DNA of 64,000 nucleotides from Eledone cirrhosa. Lineage: Eukaryota. This document shows positions 42,545 through 59,762 of this stretch, piece after piece. The stretch covers positions 46,996,001-47,060,000 of the forward strand of contig OZ024740.1 of the NCBI GenBank assembly GCA_964016885.1, given 5' to 3'. Below the pieces are notes generated by a model. It ran no database searches and was not told where the DNA came from. It saw nothing but the letters and a program-made list of their open reading frames with translations. A program made the position numbers and the translations under genes. Within the stretch, counting starts at the first letter, position 1, and each line of letters opens with the position of its first letter.

Positions 42545-44100
42545 AAGTCGTTAAACGAGTAAGACCATCACAGACAAGTAGTATATCTCAATCGGTGGGG
42601 GTGAGCGCTACAATGGCTTTTAAAGTCTGCTAGGGACTTTCAGGTTTTGTTGCATTGTAATTCACTCACTTCCAACATTCGGTTCTTTATTCTGATTCGA
42701 ACCATAAATCCTGGCCTATTCGAAAATTCTCTACATGTACCGCATGTCAAATTATCTGAAAGGAATTGGTCGTATTCGACCTGTCGTACTTCTGCATTCT
42801 TACGTAGGTGACTTGTAAAGTCAGCTTTTGACAGGCATATTTGCTTACAGACATTGCATAGAAATTGAGATACAGAGTTCTTCATATGTTGGCCTTTCTT
42901 AGCTGCATGCTTAATGGTAGCCCATTCCGAAGCAGATTCCTGAAAACAACTGACACCATTAGATATAGTGGTGCGCCACACGTTTCTATCTAATGCCTGG
43001 GCTTCTCAGCGAGATGGGTCAATTTTGCACTTGCACTGTGTTAAAGAATCTTTTATATAATACTTGAAACGGAGTTTTGTTTGTGTTGAGGTCTTGCACC
43101 AGGTATTGACTTGTTTTAGGATTCTTCTGTCGTCAGATCTAACAACGTCGTCTACCATCGGAGTCGGTGCTTGTGGATGTGTGCTTCAATGCTGACTACA
43201 CCTGTGATTTGTAATATTTCAGTGTCTATTATGTATGTTCTCCAGTACACCCCAAGAATGTCACGCAGGTATTGCTGGTGAAACCGTTCGAAGAATTTAT
43301 TGTGCCTGCAATACACAACTCAGGTCTCACAGGGATATAAGAGAATAGACAGAACACATTACTATGGCTAATAGTTAACCCAATGTCTTTACAAATAGTT
43401 AACAAAATAGTCTATTCATGAAGTTTTGCATACCTGTGAGTGAATGGGAAAATATATTGTAGTTATCAGCGTAAAGATGATAGCAAATGAGAGTTTGAAG
43501 GACTTTAGTTTTTACAACAAAGCATCTGATGTTCAAAAGCTTTTCCGAGGACTGACACCTGATGAAGATGCCTTCATTACAGCCTCTAAAGGCATCAATG
43601 AGAATCGCAGAGAAATAGATAGTGAAAAGAGTATTAGCTATGAGATTCCCTTGCTTAACATCATTTTAAACTTCGATTGGCTCTGAAATGATACCACTAA
43701 TATTTATCCACGTCTCTATATCGTCCTGAAAAGATTTGATTATATTAACAAAGTGTTCCGGACACCCTAACCCGAAAAGAATCTCCCACAGAGCAGCTCT
43801 GTCCACCGTATCGAAGGCTCTTGTTAAATCCACAAATGCCTGATACAGTTTTGGTTGTTGTTCGTTACACTTTATTTGAATTTGACATGCTGTAAATATC
43901 ATATCAATCGTGGTTCTTTTGAGTGGCAAACCACATTAAGATTTTGATACGGTCAGGCATGATATATTATTATTTAATCTCGAAAGCATGAATGATTCAA
44001 GAATTTTCCCTGCATCACAGAGAAGAACTATTTCTCAATAATTTCAACATTCCTCCTGCCGAACATTGGTCTTGTATAAAGGGATCATTTTTACATCTTT
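42545..44100 (-). mobile_element. Degenerate RTE LINE 3' part with C2H2 fingers
   Basis: RTTIDMIFTA.QIQ.KC.EQ....AFVDLTRAFDTVDR.ALW and CNVCKQIC...SH. Confidence 0.85.
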
Positions 44101-44944
44101 CCAATTCTTTGGTGTTTCACCCTCTAATTGTAATTACAGAATTAGTAATATGTAAACGGATCGAAAATCTGTAATTTATGCACCGACGAAAGGTGGTTTA
44201 TGCTAAAAAATCTTTCTATCAACAAGAGATCCGTAAACAGTTGAATGGGTTTTTTTAATTGATATCTTCATGCTTCCTTCTGTGTGACGAAACTACGGAA
44301 GATGTAATATTTCATTACTGCATACGTACGTAATACTCCGATCATCGCAACAAAAAGTCCACCGTGTATGTGGTTCCAAAACGTCCATGTCCTGAATTGT
44401 GTTGGTTAGGGTAGGGATAAAAAAAGGAAAAAAGTGGGGGAGAAAAGTGCTTTAACTTAAGATTTTTACAAACGATTCAACCCTTGAACCTTCTCTTTCT
44501 CATAACTTTACTCTTTCCCGGTGAATGGCTAACGTCTGATACGCCGAGACATTCCACCTTTTCCAACAAATCTGAAACTAATAAGATTTGTGTAATTATA
44601 TTACTGTATTTGTCTTTTTAGATCTTGAAATATACACACGCCGGCAAACACACACACACATATACACATACATACATAAACACCCATACATATACATACG
44701 CACACATATATAACGCACACATATATACATGAATAAACAGCTAAGATCTTATTGAAATTTGTTATACGTTATGTATTAAAAAATACAATAAGAAGTCGGA
44801 AAATATTAACAAATATAATGAATTAAATGAAGTAACTCAGATGTTCTAATTGTATGGATTTCGATAAATCAGGTAAAGGTTGGTGATCAATCAAAATGTA
44901 AGCCTTAACAGGTCTTACCATCTTGTTTCTGCATTATTAGATCT

Positions 44945-45135
44945 TGACGGTGAATTGGCAGTATCGGTAGAGCGTCAGACACATTACTTTGCAGCATAGA
45001 GTTATGGCCCTTTAAGTTCTGAGTTCAAATCCCGCCAAGGTTAACTTTGCCTTTCATCCTTACTGGATCGATAAAATAAAGCACCAGTAGCACTGGGTTA
45101 ATTGCTGGCCTTGTGTCAAAAGTAGAAACAATTAC
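44945..45135 (+). mobile_element. tRNA-derived SINE family 1
   Basis: Family match. TTA(T/C)TAGATCTTG flanks both ends (TSD-like). Confidence 0.85.
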
Positions 45136-45979
45136 TAGATCTTGTCAACGAAGTATAACATGTTTCAGTAGGAGATAGAAAAAGTATTAGGAAAAGTTTT
45201 GGTCAGTGCTAATTTGTGGAATTAAAAAACTGTATCTGGATAAAGGAAATAATTCCAGTGGGTCAATGTCATAGATTTATATAAATCTAATAAAACGTAT
45301 CCACTGAATGGAGTACACAAACATTTTTTAATTGATGTTAAAAAAGATCAGTGTATCCCCCAAATACATGTAAATATATATTTGTGAAATTAATGTTTAA
45401 CTACTTTAAATTACCCTAGCTCTTTTATTTGAGATCCACTAATAATTAACGCTAGATTTTATTTTCCTTTTCCAACCAAGAAGCACATTTCAATTAAGTA
45501 AGCATTTTTACGCACGCTATTCTATACATCCCTACTTAATGGACAATATATGTTTCTATCGCCATCCTTTGGTTTATTGTCATTTCGATTGCAAATCATT
45601 TTTTACAAAGTTGTTGATTAATCATATTTGTTATATAATTATATTATAATTTTATGCGGTGAACAGGGAGAAAATCTCGTATCCTTTAGACAAGTGATTG
45701 AAGAGTGAAGATAGCAAGATCTGATCTGAAAAATTATGTATAGCAGTGAAGTCGATCAATATAAATATTTTAGAAAGTTTGGCGAATGAAACGACAACAA
45801 CCATTAAAAGGACCCTAATAAAACAGTATTTGTAACCAGCCAATGAAAGCGATAACCATAGTTAAAAGATTAAACATGGTTAAATCTTATATAATACCAG
45901 TCAAAGGCAGTTCTTGCCTGATGATCGTTGAAACAGATGTGAGAAAGTGAATGCTTAAATCAAGCGTACACACATACAC

Positions 45980-46086
<107 letters not shown>

Positions 46087-47239
46087 CACATACAAACAAA
46101 CGCACACACAAGCATCTATCTCTAAATATATATATATATAAAAAGAGGTGCGTATCGTTGCAGTAGTAATTGATAGCAAGGTTTCTCACATGAAAAGACG
46201 AAACACCTGGGGCGAACGGACAAAACAATTTATTTTCCGCGTTAGCTACCTCACGAACAAAGAAATTTCGTGAATAAGGTTAGGATTGCATTATATTGAG
46301 CTCATTTTGCATGGCGGCTTATAAAAACACAGCTGTTTATTCTCTACTATGCATCTTTTTTGATTTCTATCTTCTTCTGATATTAGAACGTTATCAGATA
46401 ACGGAGAGCAAAATATGACCGATTGTATAGGATAACAGATAGCGTCTCTACCATGGAAACGTTGCATTGTGTCTCTGACCTAAATGTTTAAATGTTAACT
46501 GTTGAATATATATCGTTTCAATTAAATGATCCCAGTGTTAACTTACCACCTTAGCCTTTGTTGAGATTCTGAAGCTATTGACTGGTTAAACTTACACGAA
46601 TAGTTACTTTCAATTCTTGAACTCTACGGAAAGCCAAGACAACCGATTTCATAAGCGAGTGCGCAAATCTGGAAGAGAAAATAAAAAGTGTTAGATTGTC
46701 AAAATCGATAGAGCAGTGAAGGAATTGACTGCGGCATTTTGTTACAGATCTTTATGTACAGAGTTCAAATCATGTTGAGGTCAATATTTTTCTTTATATT
46801 TCCGAGATCGATAAAATATAGTACCAATCAAGTACTAGCATCGAATTAATATTATCGTAAAGCAACCTACATGTGAATGGAATTATAGTAGAAAAAAAAA
46901 AATTTCTCACATAAGAACAGAGGCACAAACTTACAGAAGAAAGAATATAGTCGATTAAATTTATTTCCGAATACGGCAGTCAATTATCTTATCAACCTTA
47001 GAGGATAAACGACGAAACATATTTGGACGATATTTGAAGTGAGAACGTAAAGAAATATAACTAAATACCAGAAAGCGTTTCTTCTAGCGTTGCCGGTTAC
47101 TGGTGATTTATACAGCTACATAATCGAATTTAAAAAAAAAAAAACTTGTTCAAAGAGGATAATCCCCAGTACATCTAGATTATGCTAAGTCTTTCAACAT
47201 TCAATATAGTTACATATTATCATGACATTATTACTTTAT

Positions 47240-47432
47240 GGGGGGATTGGCAGTATCGGTAGAAGGTCGGACGCCATACTTTGCAGCATAGAGTAATGCC
47301 CATTTATAGTCTGAGTTCATATCCCGCCGAAGTTCACTTTGCCTTTCATCCTTATGGGGGCCATAAAATAAAGTACCAGTAATGTACTGTGATAATTGCT
47401 GGCCTTGTGCCAAAAGTAGAAACAATTATTAC
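47240..47432 (+). mobile_element. tRNA-derived SINE family 1
   Basis: Family match. ATTATTACTTTAT flanks both ends. Confidence 0.85.
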
Positions 47433-47635
47433 TTTATTTTAGTTATTAAACACGAATATTCCTTACGTGAATGTCTTGTGAGAATCTAATTCATTTTAAA
47501 ACCTTAAAAAATTAATTCTCTATTATTTAACTTCAAAATTCAACCTTAATTTAAAATGGCCAAAACATTGAAATGAATTCATTCAAGCGTTTGGGGGGAT
47601 ATAATCGAGAAGGCGTTGGTTGCATTATTTCCTCT

Positions 47636-47696
47636 ATTACTCTTTTACTCTTTTACCTGTTCCAGCCATTCGGCCGAGGCCATGCTGGGGCACCAT
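47636..47696 (-). mobile_element. 3' tail of the CR1-like LINE (see 58632-59418)
   Basis: GGTGCCCCAGCATG..TGGCTGGAACA.GTAAAAGAGTAAAA. Confidence 0.65.
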
Positions 47697-49945
47697 GTCA
47701 ACACACCATTCTTTAAACAATTGTTTTATTAATACAGTCAAAAATGTTTATACAGAATATATGTATTCTTAATGGGTAATCTTATCGAAGATTAATACAT
47801 TAAATACCAAATAAAATATTAAATATAGCCACTAAAATTGAATGAAAAAATACCCTAATACTTTCATGTTAACGTTGAGTGTTATATATTACATTGGTCA
47901 TTGTGAATGTTTATCTTAATAGTGGAAGACATACTGTAGCTGTAACATCGATACAAAGGTTGATTTAACGGTAAGGCAGAATTGATTGGAAGAAACCTCA
48001 AAGTAAATTAGTTGGAAACTTCACAAAACTCATAGAAATCAGTCGAAAGGAACGTTGTATAAAGGTATTTTGAAAACACTATTAAACAATTGAACGCCTC
48101 AGTATTATATTTGACATTGAGGAAGATATGGAAGGTATGCTAAAATTGCATTAAAAGTTTCTGTTGCTTTAGAGATGTTCTTAAATATTTACAAAATACG
48201 TAAAAAGATATATATTCAAGAACCTCAATGAATGGAGGCGTGACATAGATATAAATTCTGAAGTATTATGTTACACATGAATACATAGAATATCCGAAAT
48301 ATTTGGCAAATGTTTTACATAAATGAAGCATTCAATGTCAATTCACTATTATCTTTAGACTATCATTATAAAATTGGTAATTAGATACTAACTCAGAAAA
48401 TACGTCATCTATATTATCAAGAATTTCATATTGCCAGCAGCTATGCGTCACTAGTAAATTGATCATCCATGCAAGAAAATACAGAGGGAATAACTTTTAA
48501 GTTTAAAGGTAAGTATGGGGACGTTGGTTATGTATCATTTTTCTCATTGAAAAACTCAGAATTTTAAATTCTCTGTTCATTGGTGTTAGGTTTCTACTTG
48601 TAATCAAGATATGACATTGCTTTGGTAACAGATATATGGTTGCTACTAAGATATGTTATACATGTGTTGTTTGAACATTGTTTCTGGTATTAAGGTTGAT
48701 TACATAAATAAACTATGCGTTGTGTAATAAAATATGCTGTAATGCTTCCTTGTAGATGTGTGGTCTGCAAATGTATGGTCAACAATTTCCATTATTCCTT
48801 ATTACAACTAAATCTATATATTGAAATAAACATTTTATATTAATTCGTAGACTTCCACGTTTGCATGCTTTTCTGTCACGCTCTTGGTTTTTCATACACC
48901 TGTCATTGTTATGTAGTTCAAACAGTAATTAAAATAGGCAGATACTCATTGATATGTTATATATTATGTAATAGATCATCTGACATAAGCCGATTCGTTC
49001 TTCCACACAGGATAAAATAGATGTGAACCAAATTGCCGTCACTGAAGTTTGCATCGAAAGATCTTTACATCATTTTCGAAAAATCCTCATAAATCAACAA
49101 CTCAACAATTTATATTTTATATTTTATGACATAAGTTTGTAATGAACAAACTGCAAATATATTTATTTATACTATTAATCTTCACAGGAAAATACTTTAT
49201 ATCAACAAATGACAGAAATGTTATATAAGTAATATTCACAACGGTTATTCAGCGCTTAAAAAACTTAATGGAAATATATTCTATTGACAATGGAATTAGC
49301 AATTGAAAATATGTTTTAAAGTACTTACAAAAGCCTCGAAATGCCATTCAGGATAATGTAAATTAAACCGTATGCTTCTAAAGTCCATTTATTTCCGTTG
49401 CACATTACTAAACCTTCGTATTAGTTACATTTAATACTTGCTTAATCTTGTGAAAATATACCCATCAGTATTAAAACCGCAAAAATAAACGAAAAAAGTC
49501 AGCTGTTAAGCTCTAAAACGCCAAATATAAACAAGTTTGAACTCATTTAAAAGGAATTTCCTGCTTGCGACGTATCTAGGTAGCTCAAACAGTAAACACA
49601 GGATGTGATCAAAGGTGAGCTCTAATCTAGCATAACTTTGATCAAAAGCGTTCTAATCATAACCATCCCGTCTAAAGACAACAAGTCTTGGCTTAGATTC
49701 TCCTTCGTTTTCCCGTAAAGTACCACTCCGCTAACTGTAGGTAACAATGGCTAGATAACAATTATAACAATTTATTCATGCCTTTAATGGTTTAGTTTGT
49801 TAATATAATTTATTCCTGATCAATTAAGTATAAAGTTTTGTAAGCTTGTCATGTTCCTCACATACAGAGATGCACTCATACGCATGCAGACTGATAAAAA
49901 AACCCAGCAAAACATGCATGCACACAAGTTTGAGTATACAAAACA

Positions 49946-50098
<153 letters not shown>

Positions 50099-50479
50099 GT
50101 ATGTTAACTAAGATCTTCTAAAAGCCACCAAATTCATCAAAATATGTACAAACATCAGTCAACAACAAGCAAGTTATTATGCATGTAAAGATACACTTTT
50201 TTTCAACAAATCACTTTCTGTGTTAAGAAAAGCAGACCATGTGATGTTGATGTTACAGTGGGCAGTTTTCATACAGTTGAATTATGTGAACTTGTTCCTA
50301 TCTAACGAAATAGAAACCTTTTAGTCATTACCGTAAGGTCTATACAGGGAGGAATAGCATAAGTAGAAGTGTTGATGACGTCATTGAGAAACGAATTATA
50401 ACATCTTAAGAAATTTGGCTGGATTTGACAGTCGTAGCGATACTCAAAGATAAACATCTTGAATTGTGTGTGTGTGTGT

Positions 50480-50722
50480 GTGACAGCTCACACCTTTGCA
50501 GGTTTAGCTGACCTCCTCCAAGCTTATCTCGTTGGAGGTGTCTTGGGTAATTTAATGATAGGGACCCCAGTTCTATCATCTCATTTTTACAGCTGAATAA
50601 ACTAGAGCAACGTGAAATAAAGTGTCTTGCTCAAGGAAACAACACATCACCCGGTCTGAGAATTGAACTCACAACCTTTCGATTGCAAGCCAAATGCTTT
50701 AACCACTAAGCCATGCGTCTAC
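50480..50722 (-). mobile_element. tRNA-derived SINE family 2
   Basis: Minus strand TGGCTTAGTGGTTAAAG (A box), GAGTTCAATTC (B box), then CTTGAGCAAGACACTTTATTTCACGTTGCT. Confidence 0.8.
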
Positions 50723-50953
50723 ACAAACATCTTGAATGTCCCGCTTTAATTAAGCTTGATATTGTAAAAAACCCTTAAAAAAAATCTACTAACACACATT
50801 CTAAGCTCTCATTGATCTCAATTAAACATGTACCCATAGGTATTAAGAATATTATACGCCAATGAATCCGCTTTTAATAAGGTTGCACACTGTTACAACG
50901 GGACACTAACATACATTCGATACCAAGAAACTATTAAGAACTCAATAACCGAA

Positions 50954-51500
50954 ATAATTGTTTCTACTTTAGGCACAAGGCCAGCAATTTTGAGGGAAGG
51001 GAAAATCGATTAAATTGACCCCAGTGCGTTAATGGTGCTTTATTTTATCGACCTCGTAAGGATGAAAGGCAAAGCTAACCTCGGCGCGATTTGAACTCAG
51101 AATATAAAGGGCCGTAACTCTATGCTTCAAAACATGGCATCCGACCCCTCTACCGATACTGCCAATCCACCGCCCATCGAAGTAAATAATTGTTTCTACT
51201 TTTGACACAAAGCCAGCAATTATCCCAGTGCATTACTGGTACTTTATTTTATCGACCCCGTAAGGATGAAAGGCAAAGTTAACCTCGACGGGATTTGAAC
51301 TCAAAATAATTGTTTCTACTTTTGGCACAAGGCCAGCAATTATCCCAGTGCATTGCTGGTACCTCATTTTATCGACCCGGTAAGGATGAAAGGCAAAGTT
51401 AATCTCGATGGGATTTGAACTCAGACAATAAAGGTCCATAACTCCATGCTGTAAAGCTTGGCGCCCGACCCTTGACCGATATTGCCAATCCAACTCCCAT
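50954..51500 (-). mobile_element. Tandem cluster of three SINE family 1 copies
   Basis: 50954-51177 full, 51185-51303 partial, 51305-51500 full. Confidence 0.85.
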
Positions 51501-51849
51501 TTGAACTCAAACTAATGCAGAGAAATTATGATTATATAGGGGGCCAATGTACCACCATGTAGCACGTTAGCGATGATGTCACTATGTTGTCCGACGCTCT
51601 ACCGATATTGCCTATTCATCGAAATAATAGGAGGATAATTGGGATATAATATAACTCACTATAATTCACTGTGACGTAGAAAACATTGTTGCCAAATATT
51701 TTCTCTCCCTGACGAAAACATAGTTCCAAACGGTTACAAACTTCATCAACTGTTCATTTAAAAGGGCATAAAAGTCAGTTGCATGAAAAAGATTCCAATG
51801 TCTATTAAGTTTCATATTGGGGATAAGCACTGGCCAAATGAAACTTCTG

Positions 51850-52230
51850 GCTTAAGACAGACTTTAGACTTTAGACAAAATGTGTGTAAACGGCTCCCAC
51901 AATAGTGAGAGATGTAGATATATGAGATTAGACATACAATACAGAGAGAGACAGATAGAGAACCACCATGGATGTACATGATAAAATGACAAGTCAGACA
52001 ATCATATTGATTGCCTCCCCACAGCCCCGGCGGACAGAATGGAGAAGGCGTTTCCCCGGGGGACGGCAAGGGATACACGCTGGAAGAGCCATTCCAACTC
52101 GCGTGGCTCACACCTGCGGCGGGCCAGCTCAGCGCCTATGATGGTGAGTAGGGAGGTAGCCCTAGGGTCGAGGACAACAGAAGTCTCCACTGCCAATGGT
52201 TCAACCGCATACCTGTCGAAGAGTGACCGG
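51850..52230 (-). mobile_element. CRE-clade-like non-LTR retrotransposon 3' end (RLE domain)
   Basis: PLAVETS..LDP.A..L..IG..LA.....[20 protein letters not shown]. Confidence 0.75.
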
Positions 52231-52340
52231 TATTTGGAATGCAAACATATTTCAAACAAATGACGGGTGCATGTAGCTGGGTTGCAATTGCCAAAATATG
52301 GAACTTTGCCTAGTAAAGAGCAAATGTCTAGAAGATGTCT

Positions 52341-53253
<913 letters not shown>

Positions 53254-53514
53254 ATCGGGGTCCTACTCGTTCCTATATATATATATATATAGTTTTAATA
53301 TAGAAGAGATTCTACAGGACTAGAACTGTTTCATTCATTAGAAATCATCAGGCATCTGGGTATCAAAAAATAAATATGGTATTTATAGGTCTCTACAAGT
53401 GGTAGGAGAGGGTGGGGAGTGGGATGGGTGCAGGTCATTGGTTGATAGAAAAGGGAATTCATTAAAAGCTAATTCTACAAGGCTATAGTTTATTTTTATT
53501 TATATTTATTTATG

Positions 53515-54032
53515 TTATAGCCAACCACAACTCTAAACTAAATAAGCCAACCACCTCCGAAACCAATCCCCGGACTGGGGCTCTATGTAATTGCCTTAAT
53601 AAGGAAGCATGCCCACTAGAAAACAAATGCCTCACAAATTATATCGTATACAAATGCGATGTCATCTCAGGCACCGAGGATTGCAAAAAAACTTACATCG
53701 GCATGACCTCCAACAACTTTAAGACCCGTTGGTATGCCCATACCCACTCCTTCAGTAGACCGGATAAATCAAATCAAACAAAACTCGCCTCCTACGTTTG
53801 GGACCTCAAAAGGAACTCCACCCCCTTCACGCTTAATTGGAAAATACTCCAGAAAGCGCGCTCTTACAACGGAGGACACAAGGGCTGCGACCTTTGTATT
53901 TCAGAGAGCTACGAAATTTTATCCGCCAAGGGCCCGCTACTGAACAAACTCTCTGAACACTGCCCGAACTGCATGCACAAGAACTTTGCAACATTCAAAC
54001 ACTTTAAGCCAGTGTTAAAGCCCGATGGCTAA
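53515..54032 (+). pseudogene. PLE GIY-YIG endonuclease fragment
   Basis: CNCLNKEACPLENKCL..IVY..TYIGMTSNNFKTRWYAH..LASYVWDLK..CDLC..LLNK..CMH. Confidence 0.9.
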
Positions 54033-54189
54033 AAACGACCTCCCCCTATTGGCCCCTATACCTTCTCCCACCCTACCCCCACCCCTCCTCATCCTGAAAC
54101 ACGGCCACTATGGTTATGTGAGTACCTCTTTCGTATCTACATTTTCTGCCTGTAGAGGTGTCTTTATGTGCCTGCGTATATGCGTATAT

Positions 54190-56620
<2,431 letters not shown>

Positions 56621-57117
56621 TTTTTTGTTTTTTTGTTTTTTTGTTTTTTTGTGAATGTGTCTGTTGATTTTTGGCATATAGTTGATTAGTTTAAGAGAAG
56701 TTCGAAGATAATAGTAAGATATGCACTCAGTATTTTGAATCTGTCTGCAGAATTCTCTAGACCTTTGTCACTTAGTAGAACCTTAATGACTTTAGCTTTT
56801 AAAGAATCTCCCTTTTCTTTAATTCTATCGACCATGACTGACCCCCCACTGACTTTATAGACATCTGTTAGCTTAAGAGAAACTTATTGACAAGGAATGG
56901 TATGCCATCCGGAACCTGTTTATAGAATTCTGTCTGCCTTTGTTACTCTAAAAACATAAATAAATATAAATAAAAATAAAAATAAACTATAGCCTTGTAG
57001 AATTAGCTTTTAATGAATTCCCTTTTCTATCAACCAATGACCTGCACCCATCCCACTCCCCACCCTCTCCTACCACTTGTAGAGACCTATAAATACCATA
57101 TTTATTTTTTGATACCC

Positions 57118-57168
57118 AGATTCCTGATGATTTCTAATGAATGAAACAGTTCTAGTCCTGTAGAATCT
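57118..57168 (+). ncRNA. Type-I hammerhead ribozyme
   Basis: AGATTC-CTGATGA-TTTCTAATGAAT-GAAACAG-TTCTAGTC-CTGTA|GAATCT. Confidence 0.85.
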
Positions 57169-57553
57169 CTTCTATATTAAAACTGTTATACTCTGCCATG
57201 TATTGAGTACCTTACTTACTGTGGTTACCTCCGATTCAACCCGGAATAACGTATATATATATATATATATAGAATAGAATGAAACGAAATTTAATTTCTC
57301 ACTCTTAGTGAGGCACTTACTTAAATGTAAGTATGTATGTATGTATACGTACATACATATATGTATACAGACATACATGCGCACACATATATATGCACGT
57401 ATCGGTTTACCGAAGATTTATTATAATACTCGGTTTGTTTGTTTGTGCCCGGGCGACTGAACTCACTCGATATGCAAATTAGGCTGCTCAGCCGTTAATA
57501 TGCATAAGGAAAGTATATACTTTCAGACGTTCAACGATCTGGCAGGAAGGTAT

Positions 57554-57596
57554 ACGATGCTGACGATAGCTGATAAGCTTGAAACTAGTACATCGT
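57554..57596 (+). ncRNA. Minimal type-I hammerhead (tandem copy 1)
   Basis: ACGATG-CTGACGA-TAGCTGATAAGCTT-GAAAC-TA-GTA|CATCGT. Confidence 0.88.
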
Positions 57597-57999
57597 TCCT
57601 GTGTTAGTGTTGAACAAAAAGGTGACGTGGTTGCCTAAACACTGTACGGCGTAATTCGGGCTGTTTGTTTGTAAACAAACAAAGAGCCCGAGCATTATAA
57701 TAAATGTTCGGTAAACTGATACGTGCATATATATGTGTGCATGTATGTATATATATATACATACTACTGTACGTCTGTATACATATATGTATGTACGTAT
57801 ACATACATACATACTTACATTTAAGTAAGTGCCGTACTAAGAGTGAGAAATGAAATTTCGTTTCATTCTATTCCATTTAACGTTTTCGGTGTGCCCGGCC
57901 GACTGAACTCACTCGATATGCAAATTAGGCTGCTCAGCCGTTAATATGCATAAGGAAAGTATATACTTTCAGACGTTCAACCATCTGGCAGGAAGGTAT

Positions 58000-58042
58000 A
58001 CGATGCTGACGATAGCTAATAAGCTTGAAACTAGTACATCGT
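58000..58042 (+). ncRNA. Minimal type-I hammerhead (tandem copy 2)
   Basis: ACGATG-CTGACGA-TAGCTAATAAGCTT-GAAAC-TA-GTA|CATCGT. Confidence 0.88.
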
Positions 58043-58249
58043 TCCTGTGTCAGTGTTGAACATAAAGGTGACGTGGTTGCCTAAACTGTGTACGGCGTAA
58101 TTCGGGCTGTTTGTTTGTTTACAAACAAACAAACTGAGCATTATAAGAAATGTTCGGTAAACCGATACGTGCATATATATATATGTGTGCATGTATGTAT
58201 ATATATACATATAACTGTACGTCTGTATATATATATATATATATATATA

Positions 58250-58597
58250 TAGTAATAATAATAAATTTGAAGACTAAAATCCAAAGAGGGCTCGATAAGG
58301 ATAAATATATATATATAAGGACAGATATATAAGAACCGTAGAGCAAATATTTATTAAAATAACAGATTAAAGTTTAAGCAAAGAATGGCTGCTTTCACCC
58401 TTAACGTATTATCTTCGTTTTTTTCCGTTCTTTGCCAGGGAACGTTTCCACAAACCAAAGTATCGTCTTCCTGTCTTCCTTCGGTTGCAATGTTTTTTAA
58501 ATATTTACTTCTGCTTTCACAGATTGACTTTTTTTAGTTTCAGAAGATCTCGTTAAGGGTGAAAGCAGTGATTCTTTGCTTAAACTTTAATCTGTTA

Positions 58598-58605
<8 letters not shown>
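58250..58605. mobile_element. Inverted plus direct pLTR of the U4A family (HHR at 58536-58586, +)
   Basis: The inverted arm 58250-58406 stops in loop 2 of the HHR. The direct arm matches 2880-3080. Confidence 0.8.
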
Positions 58606-58631
<26 letters not shown>

Positions 58632-58656
<25 letters not shown>

Positions 58657-59418
58657 CCGTGTCGTAATCGGTACGAGACCTGGATATAGACATGAGCGAC
58701 GATGCCACTTTTCCCTCACACATCATGAAAATGATGACAATGTGTAGACGACACGATGGATCTTCAGGACTCTCCGGACAAGAGACCGAGAGACCATGTT
58801 GACACTATGGAGGACATTTTTCCTAAGCCACCTGGACTATTGCGCCCAGCTGTGGTCACCCAATAGTGTCAAACTAACCACGGAGCTTGAGGCAATCCAG
58901 CGTAGCTACACCAATAGGATTGCGACGATGAAGGAGATAAGCTACTGGGAGGGACTAAAAGAACTGAATCTCTACTTCCTGGAACGAACACGGTGATATA
59001 CATGTGGAAAATCCTGGAGGGACTAGCACCAAACTTTGGCATTGGGATCTGGACCAACCCTCGAATAGGACGTCACTGTGTGGTGCCAAAGGTCCCGTCT
59101 TCCACATCTAGAATAAGGAGGAGATATTGCAATAGCTTGGAGTTTAAGGGCCCTCAACTCTTCAACAAGCTGCCGAGGGATCTGAGAGAACAGCATGATG
59201 TGGGCGTGGATGTTTTCAAGAAACATCTCGAGACCTTGCTATCTAGGATCCCGGATGAGCCCACAGCAAGGCACGAGAGAAACCTAAGGGAAGCAGCAAC
59301 GAACTCCCTCTTACACCAGTGGCAAACCAATACAGGATGGAGATAAAATGTGTAGCAACAAGGGCGGTGCCCCAGCATGCCCCCAGCCGGATGGCTGGAA
59401 CAAGTAAAAGAGTAAAAA
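58632..59418 (+). mobile_element. CR1-like LINE 3' end
   Basis: LSHLDYCAQLWSP..LEAIQR..YW..LKELNL..LER and GPQLFNKLP..FKK.L..L.RIPDEP, with a GTAAAAGA tail. Fragment also at ~61905-61995. Confidence 0.85.
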
Positions 59419-59419
59419 A

Positions 59420-59551
59420 GGCACAACAAATCGATAGTCATTGAGGAGGTAACAGATTGATGTGACGAAAGAGCTTTCACAGAAGAATAAAGATAAAGTG
59501 AAAGTCATATGGTGCGTGTGTTCAATTAGCAAAATGAACATCCCCAAATAT

Positions 59552-59558
<7 letters not shown>
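59420..59558 (+). mobile_element. Diverged PLE clade-B pLTR tip with a degenerate HHR (59436-59482)
   Basis: AGTCA-TTGAGGA-GGTAACA..TGTGAC-GAAAGAGCTT. Ends CCCCAAATATAACAAT(AT)n like other clade-B ends. Confidence 0.6.
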
Positions 59559-59624
<66 letters not shown>

Positions 59625-59762
59625 GGTTTGAGGTTCACCACTGGATAGAGCTGGTCAATTCCGTATGGTCAATCTTAATGTAATAATATGGAGAGTACTC
59701 AACGTAAAGCAGTTCAACCGTCTTTGTTTTTGTAGTTGGTGGTGCTAGTACGGAGTTAAATA

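Larger units (their letters stand above)
50120..51850 (+). mobile_element. Highly decayed PLE clade-A RT fragment interrupted by SINEs
   Basis: DVTVGSFHTVELCELV (cf. FDVTMGSFDGAE.CELV) near 50240, and YKLHQLF..IKVSCM near 51735. Confidence 0.55.
57272..58230 (+). mobile_element. Tandem 446-bp HHR-bearing repeat with an inverted partial copy (pLTR array, retrozyme-like)
   Basis: Units start at 57445 and 57891. 57272-57445 is the reverse complement of ~57670-57873. Confidence 0.85.

Noticed and set aside
45911-45945. CTGATGA-TCGTT-GAAAC-AGAT-GTG
   Set aside because: No stem II and a non-cleavable triplet. It could be chance or a deleted relic.
48359-48508. Plus-strand exon candidate (TTAG...AAG|GTAAGT)
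   Set aside because: Stops in all three frames and no supporting neighbours. Splice-like motifs are common by chance.
53515-54032. Selenocysteine (in-frame UGA) recoding, as reported for some PLE clades
   Set aside because: No in-frame TGA at Cys positions in the GIY-YIG fragments here. The premature stops at 20115 and 25790 are TAA and TAG, and the 1836-2018 TGA is due to a frameshift.
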